Below, piece after piece: positions 1-7,773 of a stretch of DNA of 64,000 bases. The notes beneath the pieces are model-generated. The model was given only the letters and a program-made list of their open reading frames with translations. It was not told the origin of the DNA and made no database searches. This DNA comes from Euryarchaeota archaeon RBG_13_57_23. GTDB lineage: Archaea > Thermoplasmatota > Thermoplasmata > UBA10834. Positions within the stretch are counted from its first letter, which is position 1. Each line of letters opens with the position of its first letter. A program made the position numbers and the translations under genes. The DNA is taken from NCBI GenBank assembly GCA_001800675.1, contig MGVW01000035.1:6731-70730 (forward strand), read 5' to 3'.

Positions 1-304
1 GCCTGTAATCTGTAAGGAACTGGCTGAACTGCCCCTGAAGGGTGTACATCTCGTTGTATCTGGTGCTGGAATAGGGGTCGTCCGGGTCCAGGACGATGAT
101 CATGATCAGCTCGTGGGCTGATGCCAGGTCGTTCCCGGCCCCAGCGATGGCTTGCACGACCAGCGTCGACTCATCGTGTATCGTTTCGGCGTTGGCCTTG
201 ATCTCGTACATGCCCTGAATCGAGATCACGCTCACAACCGCTACCGGCGCTAGCGACAGACCCAAGATCACGGCAATCAGCTTTGCCGTCAAGCTCAGCC
301 TCAA
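1..304 (-). CDS. N-terminal part of a membrane sensor/chemoreceptor-like protein (runs off window edge)
   Basis: Manual translation from TTG at 304 (SD-like GAAGGTGG upstream): MRLSLTAKLIAVILGLSLAPVAVVSVISIQGMYEIKANAETIHDES..., open to base 1. Basic N-terminus, one TM helix and a helical domain as in MCP/sensor N-termini; divergent from cheR. Confidence 0.6.
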   Translation of the reverse strand, partial: MRLSLTAKLIAVILGLSLAPVAVVSVISIQGMYEIKANAETIHDESTLVVQAIAGAGNDLASAHELIMIIVLDPDDPYSSTRYNEMYTLQGQFSQFLTDYR

Positions 305-515
305 TGCACCACCTTCTCGCGCTCATGCAAAAGCTTCCTAGCTGGGGGTAGTTTCCAGCAGGGGGGAGCCTTGCTGTGTCTCAACATCCGTCTGGGGTTT
401 ATTAAATGATGTCGTATTCGTTTTCAACATCGATAACAAGTAGCCAGCATGATGGAAAAAGCGCATTTTCGACCCGGGTAAGGCATATCTACTGACAGAC
501 CCATAAGAGCGCCAG

Positions 516-1337
516 ATGGACATCTCAGAGCAAGATTTCGTCACCCGTGTGATGAGACATCTGTTCAGGGCCAGGGGCATAGACCTCTCGGGATACTCCC
601 AATCGTTCGTCCTGCGCAGCATGAAGAAGAGGCTGGGCAGGTCAGGGGCTGCGGACTACTCCAGCTACCTTAGCCTTCTGACACACAGCGAGGTGGAGAC
701 CAACGAGCTACTGGGTGCATTGTCCATCAATGTGACCGAGTTCTTCAGGGACAAGGGGGCCTTCGAAGGGTTTTCCTCACAGGTCATACGTCCACTCCTC
801 GCCTCCAAGATCAGGGAAGGAGGCGTGCTGCGGATTTGGAGCGCGGGCTGCGCCACGGGTCAGGAGACTTATACGCTCGCGATCTGCGTTGCCGAGGAGA
901 TCAAGAAACTCCAATGCATCTCTGCGCCAGTGGTAGGAATTCAGGGAACGGACATATCGTCGAAAGCGGTCGCGAAGGCAAAGGCAGGAGTCTACACGAA
1001 AACCGAAATGAAGGGTCTGAACGAGAAGTATCTCAATCACTACTTCGAGAAGAACGGCGATCGTTACGAAGTGGTCCAGCCTCTTCGGAAGGGTGTGAGA
1101 TTCGCAGTCGAGAACTTGCTGGATCCTCCAAGTGGCAGCTACTACGATGCCATCGTCTGCAGGAACGTCATGATCTACTTCACGCGCACGATGCACGACG
1201 TGGTCACGATGCACCTGTTCAAAGCTCTGAGGAGTGGCGGTTACCTGATGCTGGGCAGGACCGAGACGCTCATGGGGACGCCAAGGGCGAGTTTCGAGGT
1301 AGTGGACCTCGAGAACAGGATACTCAGGAAGAAGTAG
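516..1337 (+). CDS. cheR: Chemotaxis protein-glutamate methyltransferase CheR
   Basis: Motifs INVTEFFRD, IWSAGCATGQETY, GTDIS, CRNVMIYF, GGYLMLG. Confidence 0.93.
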   Translation: MDISEQDFVTRVMRHLFRARGIDLSGYSQSFVLRSMKKRLGRSGAADYSSYLSLLTHSEVETNELLGALSINVTEFFRDKGAFEGFSSQVIRPLLASKIREGGVLRIWSAGCATGQETYTLAICVAEEIKKLQCISAPVVGIQGTDISSKAVAKAKAGVYTKTEMKGLNEKYLNHYFEKNGDRYEVVQPLRKGVRFAVENLLDPPSGSYYDAIVCRNVMIYFTRTMHDVVTMHLFKALRSGGYLMLGRTETLMGTPRASFEVVDLENRILRKK

Positions 1338-1342
1338 CAGAC

Positions 1343-1591
1343 TTAGTCGATTGCTCGGGCGAGGCCGGTCTCAGAAATCGACTCCGCCTCCATGATGTCC
1401 TCAAGCGATGGAACTTCGACCTCGCTCATGAAGTCACAGATGCATTCATAGCCCTCGCTCAGCTCGTCGGCGAGTTCCTGCTGGAGCCTGTCTATCTGGG
1501 AGGCAGTGAGTGTTCTCGCCATGACCTCCGCGAGCGTGACCCCTTCAGTCTCCGACTGGCGCACTAGTTTCTGCAGTAGAGCATGTGACAT
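1343..1591 (-). CDS. Small acidic hypothetical protein
   Basis: ORF 1343-1687 overlaps ilvE, so the ATG at 1591 (MSHALLQK...) is more plausible. No recognisable motif. Confidence 0.45.
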   Translation of the reverse strand: MSHALLQKLVRQSETEGVTLAEVMARTLTASQIDRLQQELADELSEGYECICDFMSEVEVPSLEDIMEAESISETGLARAID

Positions 1592-1668
1592 CGCGACCCA
1601 TCCCTTCGTATGACAATCGTCAGACGATGAATGGATCTCTAGCATATATAACATTTGTCTGGACAGGG

Positions 1669-2589
1669 CTAGACGGGCGTCAGCCAATCTCCGTGCTTCT
1701 TGTCATTACCTCTGACGATGGCCATGAACCGGCTCTGAATCGCCTTGGTGATAGGACCTACCTTTCCGTCCCCCACGGATCTTCGGTCGATCTCCCTAAC
1801 CGGGGTGACTTCGGCTGCGGTGCCAGTTAGGAAGATCTCGTCCGCAAGATAGAGCTCAGGTCGCGCGATGTCCTGCTCGACCACCTCATGGCCCATCTCC
1901 TTCGCCAGAACCATGATTGACTCCCTTGTTATTCCGGGAAGGATGCCTGCACTGATCGGCGGAGTTGATATCCTGCCCTTCCGGACCATGAACAGATTCT
2001 CGCCAGAGCCCTCTGCGACCATGTGGGTGTCGTTGAGCATGATCGTCTCGTCGAACCCGTTCATCTTGGCTTCCATGATCGCGAGCGCACTGTTCAGATA
2101 GTCTCCGCAGACCTTCGCCGTTGCGGGAACCGACCCGGTCGTGACCCTGTGCCAGGACGAGGTGTGGGCCCTGATGCCGTTCTTCATTCCCTCCTCGCCC
2201 AGGTACGCGCCGATCGGGAACGCGATGATGAAGACCTCAACAGGATAGCCGGTCGGGTTGACACCGAAGCCGTGGACTCCGTAGAACGCGATCGGTCTGA
2301 TGTAGCACGCACCCAGCTTGTTCGATTTCACGGTATCCTTCGCCGCGCTGCAGAGTTCGTCGACCGTGTATGGAAGCTTGATGTGGAGGACTTTGCACGA
2401 GCTTTGCAGTCGTTCCATGTGCTCCTTGAGCCTGAATATGGCCGGCCCCTTCGGAGTGCTGTACGCTCTTATGCCTTCAAAGGCTCCTGTCCCGTAGTGC
2501 AGTCCATGTGTCATCACATGGACCGTCGCGTCCTCCCACGGGATGAGCTTGCCGTTCTTCCAGATCTTCTCCGTCGGCTGTATCTGCAT
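1669..2589 (-). CDS. ilvE: Branched-chain amino acid aminotransferase
   Basis: HGLHYGTGAFEGIRAY, AKVCGDYLNS, EGSGENLF, LPGITR, GTAAEVTPV; in the ilv cluster. Confidence 0.95.
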   Translation of the reverse strand: MQIQPTEKIWKNGKLIPWEDATVHVMTHGLHYGTGAFEGIRAYSTPKGPAIFRLKEHMERLQSSCKVLHIKLPYTVDELCSAAKDTVKSNKLGACYIRPIAFYGVHGFGVNPTGYPVEVFIIAFPIGAYLGEEGMKNGIRAHTSSWHRVTTGSVPATAKVCGDYLNSALAIMEAKMNGFDETIMLNDTHMVAEGSGENLFMVRKGRISTPPISAGILPGITRESIMVLAKEMGHEVVEQDIARPELYLADEIFLTGTAAEVTPVREIDRRSVGDGKVGPITKAIQSRFMAIVRGNDKKHGDWLTPV

Positions 2590-2610
2590 ATCCCTACTCT
2601 CCTGGTCTGC

Positions 2611-3399
2611 TTATCGTGCTCGGACTACTTGGTTTCTGAGGCTTCCGACACCGTCCACCTCAACCTCGACTACGTCCCCTTCCTTCATCGGGGCGATGCC
2701 AGAGGGGGTACCAGTGGCAACTATGTCTCCCGGCTCGAGAACCATTATCCTCGATATGTACTCGACTAGTGCAGCGTCCCCGAACACCCTGTCTGAGAGC
2801 GGGCAATCCTGAACCACCTTCCCATTGAGCTTGGTCGTCACCCGAGTCGGGACGTTGTTCGTTAGGAAAGGCCCAACAGGTGCGAATGTGTCGAAACCCT
2901 TTGCCCGAGTCCAGTCCATGTCCGTTTTCTGCAGGTCTCGCGCGGTGACGTCGTTTAGGCACGTGTACCCAAACACGTGTTTGAGGCCGTCCTTCACATG
3001 ACTGGCTCTCTTCCCGACAACGAAAGCGCTCTCTCCTTCGAAATCCACTCTCGCGGACATCTCGGGAAGTAGTATCTTCTCTCCCGGGCCGATGATGGCG
3101 GACGACGGTTTGGAGAAGATTACAGGCTCCTTCGGCGTCGGTGCTTTCATCTCGGCGATGTGGCTTTTGAAGTTCAGGCCGACACACACTATCTTGGACG
3201 GTCGGTCGACTGGTGCGAGGACTTTCAGCTCCGAGAGTCTGTGCGTCCTCGTCGTCTGTTCGACTCCGTACCTGATCGCGTCCATCATGCACGAGGCGTC
3301 CGTCTCGATGACCTGATCTCCGACGACCTCGCCGACGAATGTCCTCTGGTCACGGGCGAACTTGCCAAGCCTCCATATCTGTGATTTGCGAGCGGTCAT
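2611..3399 (-). CDS. Fumarylacetoacetate hydrolase family protein
   Basis: KIVCVGLNF, EPVIFSKP, DFEGE, NDVTARD, KGFDTFAPVGP, GDIVATGTPSG. Confidence 0.9.
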   Translation of the reverse strand: MTARKSQIWRLGKFARDQRTFVGEVVGDQVIETDASCMMDAIRYGVEQTTRTHRLSELKVLAPVDRPSKIVCVGLNFKSHIAEMKAPTPKEPVIFSKPSSAIIGPGEKILLPEMSARVDFEGESAFVVGKRASHVKDGLKHVFGYTCLNDVTARDLQKTDMDWTRAKGFDTFAPVGPFLTNNVPTRVTTKLNGKVVQDCPLSDRVFGDAALVEYISRIMVLEPGDIVATGTPSGIAPMKEGDVVEVEVDGVGSLRNQVVRAR

Positions 3400-3472
3400 C
3401 GTACCGTCTGTCCCCTTGAATCACGGACAACTTGACCTCGAAGTGAGCGATAGTTCGTGTTCGATCAGCTGC

Positions 3473-4453
3473 TCACTCGAACATCTTGCGTATCCTTCTG
3501 CCGACTACCTCAATCTGGGATCTCTCTCCTTCTTCTCGCAGCTTTGTGAGCGTCGGCATGCCAGCCTTGTGCTCGTCGACCCACTCTTTGGCGAACTTCC
3601 CCGATCGTATGTCCGCCAGCAAGGTCTTCATCATGGCTTTCACCCTGTCATCGATTATGACCGGGCCTCGGGTCCTGCCGCCGTACTCGGCCGTGTTGGA
3701 CACTCCGTCCCACATGCCCTCGATCCCGCCCTTCTGGACGAGGTCGATTATCAGCTTGAGCTCGTGTAGCACCTCGAAGTAGGCGATCTCCGGCTGGTAG
3801 CCAGCCTCGACGAGCACCTCGAAGGACTTCTTGATGAGCTCGCTCGCGCCACCGCAGAGGTCCGCCTGTTCCCCGAACAGGTCTGTCTCGGTCTCCTCGT
3901 CGAAGGTTGTTTCGATGACTCCCCTGGTGGTCGCCTTCAAACCCTTGGCGATTGCCAGTGCTGTCTTCTTGGCCTTGCCGGAGTGGTCCTGGTAGACTGC
4001 CACGAGAGCCGGGACCCCTATGCCAGAGAGATAGGTCTCCCTGACGAGGGCGCCTGGCCCCTTAGGGGCGACCATGATCACATCGATGTTCTTGGGGGGC
4101 ACTATCCTCTTGAAATGTATGTTGAACCCGTGCGCGAAGTCGAGCGTCATGCCCTTCCGCAGGTACGGAGCCACGTCCTTGTCGTAGACTGTTTTCTGTA
4201 CCTCGTCCGGGATCAGCATCATGACGATATCCGCGCTCTTGACCGCCTCCGGTATTGTGGCGATCCTCATCTTGTCGGCCCTAGCCCTCTTCCAGGTCTC
4301 ATCCTTCAGGTTGAGTCCGAGGACAACGTCGACTCCGCTGTCCCGTAGGTTCAGGGACTGGGCCCTGCCCTGTATTCCGTATCCTATTACTGCGACCCTC
4401 TTGCCCCTCAGGACCTTCAGGTCGGCGTCCTTGTTGTAGTATATCTTCGCCAT
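3473..4453 (-). CDS. ilvC: Ketol-acid reductoisomerase
   Basis: VIGYGIQG, FAHGFNIH, VAPKGPG, ETDLFGEQ, YFEVLHE, SNTAEYG; SD AAGGAG before ATG 4453. Confidence 0.96.
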   Translation of the reverse strand: MAKIYYNKDADLKVLRGKRVAVIGYGIQGRAQSLNLRDSGVDVVLGLNLKDETWKRARADKMRIATIPEAVKSADIVMMLIPDEVQKTVYDKDVAPYLRKGMTLDFAHGFNIHFKRIVPPKNIDVIMVAPKGPGALVRETYLSGIGVPALVAVYQDHSGKAKKTALAIAKGLKATTRGVIETTFDEETETDLFGEQADLCGGASELIKKSFEVLVEAGYQPEIAYFEVLHELKLIIDLVQKGGIEGMWDGVSNTAEYGGRTRGPVIIDDRVKAMMKTLLADIRSGKFAKEWVDEHKAGMPTLTKLREEGERSQIEVVGRRIRKMFE

Positions 4454-4472
4454 CGCGTTCAACTCTCCTTGC

Positions 4473-4835
4473 TCAGATCGCGTTCATCGCCTGTATGTAC
4501 TTCTCCGGCTGGCTCTTGCTGACGATCGCCTCGACCTCTTGGACGCTCCCCGTCACTCTGCACAGGCCTTCCTTGCTGGACAGAAGCGCATAGGCTTCGT
4601 GTCTCGAATGGTCGACCAGGTCGCACTCGATGACCTCTTGGAGCGCCCTCATGTGCTCCAGCACGTTGAGGGCCTTCTCCTTGTCCGTGATCGACAGAAC
4701 TATCCTCGCCCGGTCAGGTATCTCGCACTTCCCGACGACGATCGTTTCGACGTTGATCCTCTTCCTGTTGAACTCGCCCATTACCCGTTGCATCACACCT
4801 GGCTGGTCGTAGACCAGCAGCATCATGACTTCCAT
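4473..4835 (-). CDS. ilvN: Acetolactate synthase small (ACT) subunit
   Basis: ACT-like DQPGVMQRVMGEFNRKRINVETI; abuts ilvB. Confidence 0.82.
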   Translation of the reverse strand: MEVMMLLVYDQPGVMQRVMGEFNRKRINVETIVVGKCEIPDRARIVLSITDKEKALNVLEHMRALQEVIECDLVDHSRHEAYALLSSKEGLCRVTGSVQEVEAIVSKSQPEKYIQAMNAI

Positions 4836-6521
4836 TCAGCACACCCCGCCTTTCCAGGGGCACCTGCCCTTGATACAGTCCGCCGAAGTCTTCCCCGGGG
4901 GCGTCATGGGGAGCACATCCTCCTCAGGATCCACCACGAAGTCTATCAGGAAGGGCATCTCGGACTTGGTTGCCTTCTGTATAGCTTCCGCGACCTCGGA
5001 AGGCCTCTCGACTCTTATTGCTTCCGCTCCGTAGGCCTCCGCCAGCTTCACGAAGTCCGGTGTCGGGACCGTGAACTGGGAGGCCATATACCTAGAGCCG
5101 TAGAACAGCTTCTGCCACTGCTTGACCATGCCCAACCATCCGTTGTTCAGCAGCGCCACAACCACGGGTATGTCATTCTCGACCGCAGTCGCGAACTCCT
5201 GGGAGACCATCTGGAGGCTGCCGTCCCCCGCGATGTCCACGACCACGCTCTTGGGCCTGGCGATCTTAGCACCGAGGGCCGCAGGGAACCCGAACCCCAT
5301 CGTTCCCAAGCCACCGGACGTGATGAACATGCGCTTCCCGTAGCACTTGTAGAAGTGAGCGGCCCACATCTGGTTCTGCCCCACCTCCGTCGTGACGATC
5401 GCATCATCCGGGAGGTTCTTCGAGAGCTCGTAGATCACTTTCTGGGGCTTCAGCGGCTCTGACTTGAGGTTGTAGTCGCATGAACACTCCTTGTTGAGCT
5501 CTATGATCCTCTGCTTCCATGTGGCAGCCTTCTTCCGTTTCTGCAGCCCGGCGAGGAGCGCGTTGACTACGGTCCACGCGTCGCCTACCAGCCCCACCCT
5601 GCCTTTGACGTTCTTGCCTATCTCCGAGGAGTCGATGTCCACATGGACGACCTTCGTCTTGGCGCCGAACTCGCTGAGTTTCCCCGTCACGCGATCGCTG
5701 AACCGTGTGCCTATTGCCAGGAGCACATCGCAGTTGTTGAGGGCATAGTTGGCGACCTGTCTCCCGTGCATGCCACATACCCCAAGTACTAAGGGGTGAT
5801 TCTCAGGGACTGATCCCTTGGCCATCAACGTGGTGACCACAGGGGCCATGAGCATCTCCGATAGTCTCATGATTTCCGTCCCAGCCTGTGACCAGCTGAC
5901 CCCGCCTCCGACCATTATCGTGGGGCGTTCCGAGTTCTCCAACAGCTTGATCGCATCCAGGAGTCCTTCGAGGTTACGTTTCGGCTTCGGCACCCGAACC
6001 TCCCTCGCCATCTGCTCATCGGTTATCTCCGCCTGGAATATGTCGACTGGTATGTCCACATGGACCGGACCGTATCGACCTGTCATGGCGATGAGGAACG
6101 CCTTCTTCATCGTCTCCGGGAAGACCTTGGGGTCAACAACCCTGAAGTTGTGCTTCGAGACCGGCATCATCAGGCTGAAGGAATCGGCCTCTTGAAAGGC
6201 ATCGTTGCCGAGCACATGGGTTGCTACTTGACCGGTGATAGCCACCATAGGGGAGGAGTCCATGAACGCCGTGGCAACTCCTGTCACAAGGTTCGTTGCA
6301 CCAGGACCCGATGTCGCCACGCATACACCCGGCTTTTTCGCCACTCGCGCGTAACCGTCGGCCATGTGTCCAGCGCATTGTTCGTGCCGGGGAAGTATGT
6401 GCCTGATGTCGGACTGCACAAGCTCGTCGTAGAACGGAAGTAGGACGCCGCCTGGAATGCCGAACATTACCTCTACGTTTTGCTTTTCCAGCAACTCCAC
6501 GGCAGCCCGAGCACCTTTCAT
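4836..6521 (-). CDS. ilvB: Acetolactate synthase large subunit
   Basis: FGIPGG, RHEQ, TSGPGATN, ITGQV, EVGQNQMW, SGGLGTMG, GDGS...NN ThDP motif. Start 6521 (MKGARA) follows SD GAGGAG; alternative ATG at 6539. Confidence 0.96.
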   Translation of the reverse strand: MKGARAAVELLEKQNVEVMFGIPGGVLLPFYDELVQSDIRHILPRHEQCAGHMADGYARVAKKPGVCVATSGPGATNLVTGVATAFMDSSPMVAITGQVATHVLGNDAFQEADSFSLMMPVSKHNFRVVDPKVFPETMKKAFLIAMTGRYGPVHVDIPVDIFQAEITDEQMAREVRVPKPKRNLEGLLDAIKLLENSERPTIMVGGGVSWSQAGTEIMRLSEMLMAPVVTTLMAKGSVPENHPLVLGVCGMHGRQVANYALNNCDVLLAIGTRFSDRVTGKLSEFGAKTKVVHVDIDSSEIGKNVKGRVGLVGDAWTVVNALLAGLQKRKKAATWKQRIIELNKECSCDYNLKSEPLKPQKVIYELSKNLPDDAIVTTEVGQNQMWAAHFYKCYGKRMFITSGGLGTMGFGFPAALGAKIARPKSVVVDIAGDGSLQMVSQEFATAVENDIPVVVALLNNGWLGMVKQWQKLFYGSRYMASQFTVPTPDFVKLAEAYGAEAIRVERPSEVAEAIQKATKSEMPFLIDFVVDPEEDVLPMTPPGKTSADCIKGRCPWKGGVC

Positions 6522-6544
6522 CACTAACACACTCCTCATTCACT

Positions 6545-6587
6545 GCCCGCATGGACACCCGAAAAACCGCTTGTGTCCATTACGGGC
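6545..6587 (-). promoter_or_regulatory. 14-bp hairpin in the ilvB 5' leader
   Basis: mRNA GCCCGU-A-AUGGACAC [AAGCGGUUUUUCGG] GUGUCCAU-GCGGGC. Contains the leader stop codon in its 5' arm and ends 7 nt before the ilvB SD. Confidence 0.8.
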
Positions 6588-6666
6588 GCAAGATCCGCAG
6601 GTCGACCAGAACCCCTAGCACGACGAGAATAGGTGCCAATCCACAATGACCAGCGGACGCTCGCAT
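6580..6666 (-). CDS. Putative Ile/Leu/Val-rich leader peptide of the ilv operon (28 aa)
   Basis: Manual translation MRASAGHCGLAPILVVLGVLVDLRILRP*; 12 of codons 10-26 are Leu, Val or Ile. Below the ORF-track length cutoff. Confidence 0.7.
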   Translation of the reverse strand: MRASAGHCGLAPILVVLGVLVDLRILRP

Positions 6667-6688
6667 CGGGGCTCACAATGGCCAAGCG

Positions 6689-6719
6689 GATATTAATATC
6701 TTGTCTGGCCGTTTTTATA
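6689..6719 (-). promoter_or_regulatory. Candidate TATA boxes of the ilv operon
   Basis: Palindromic GATATTAATATC (6689-6700) about 25 nt upstream of the leader ATG; a second TATAAAAA at 6719-6712. Confidence 0.55.
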
Positions 6720-6738
6720 CACGTTCGGATGTGCTGGC

Positions 6739-7689
6739 TCAATGCTTTCCGAAATGACCCCGGCCCGACAGCACCGAAACGAAAAGGTGGTTCCTGGAGT
6801 CTAGCTTCGAGATGCCCCACACCGCCCCTGCGGATGCCGGGAGGATGTCGAGCTTCTCCTCGAGCTTGATGACTCTGGAAGCCTCGATGAGCTGCTCGTC
6901 GGGGATCTCCACGCCCGTACCATTCGAGTCCAGCATGGCCGATATGGCTTCGTCGGGGTCCGCGAGGAAGTTGCCTGATAGGGGCTCGTTTATTTCGGTG
7001 ATCTTCAGGTCGGGCACGTTCAGTGAAGTCCTCAATCCAGATGCTACCCCGTGGACTGCCGAGTTGTTGTTCGAAACCCCCAGGATCCTGGGTTTCATGC
7101 TCATACCCCGAAAGCCGTGCCACACTCCCCCAATCAGAGATCCGTTGCCGACGGGGACGGAGACCCAGTCAGGCGGTCGTCCAATCCCCTGGGCGATCTC
7201 TTTCGCTATGTAAGTATAGGCAAAGATGTCCAAGCCGCTGTTCACTCCTCCGGGGTTGGCGTTGTACCATTTGTTGGCTGTAGACTCCTCAGCGGCTTTC
7301 CTGAGGGCGTACTCGTAGTCCCCATCCACGTCCTTGACCTCAGAGGACAGGGACTCTATCTCGGCCCTTCTCGGAGCTGCGAAGTCCTTCGGGATGTAGA
7401 TGCGGGCCTGCATGTTCAGCTTATCAGCGACATACGCAAGCGCGGCGCCGTAGTTGCCGCAGCTGACCGCAGTCACCTTCTTCATGCCCTTGTCCCTGGC
7501 ATTCAGGCAGTGGACGAGCGCAGCGCGGTCCTTGTGGGTGCCCGAAGGGTTCTCCCCTTCTAGCTTCAGGAACAACCGGCGGATTCCGAGGCGCTTCTCG
7601 AGCTTCTGTGCCCTCACCAGCGGAGTCCCCCCGATCCTGAGAGCTTTCATCTGCATCTCGAGTTCTCTTATCAGTTCAAGCGGGATCAA
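6739..7689 (-). CDS. Threonine synthase-like fold-type II PLP enzyme
   Basis: GGTPL, KLEGENPSGTHKDR (PLP Lys), SCGNYG, VPVGNG; TTG start with GAGGAG SD. Confidence 0.85.
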   Translation of the reverse strand: MIPLELIRELEMQMKALRIGGTPLVRAQKLEKRLGIRRLFLKLEGENPSGTHKDRAALVHCLNARDKGMKKVTAVSCGNYGAALAYVADKLNMQARIYIPKDFAAPRRAEIESLSSEVKDVDGDYEYALRKAAEESTANKWYNANPGGVNSGLDIFAYTYIAKEIAQGIGRPPDWVSVPVGNGSLIGGVWHGFRGMSMKPRILGVSNNNSAVHGVASGLRTSLNVPDLKITEINEPLSGNFLADPDEAISAMLDSNGTGVEIPDEQLIEASRVIKLEEKLDILPASAGAVWGISKLDSRNHLFVSVLSGRGHFGKH

Positions 7690-7773
7690 TCGAAGTCATT
7701 ACTCCTCAAAGGGGTTGGAATTACAGGCGGATATCATATCCGCCTGCTTTGATGTTTGGCAGGGCTGCTGCGC

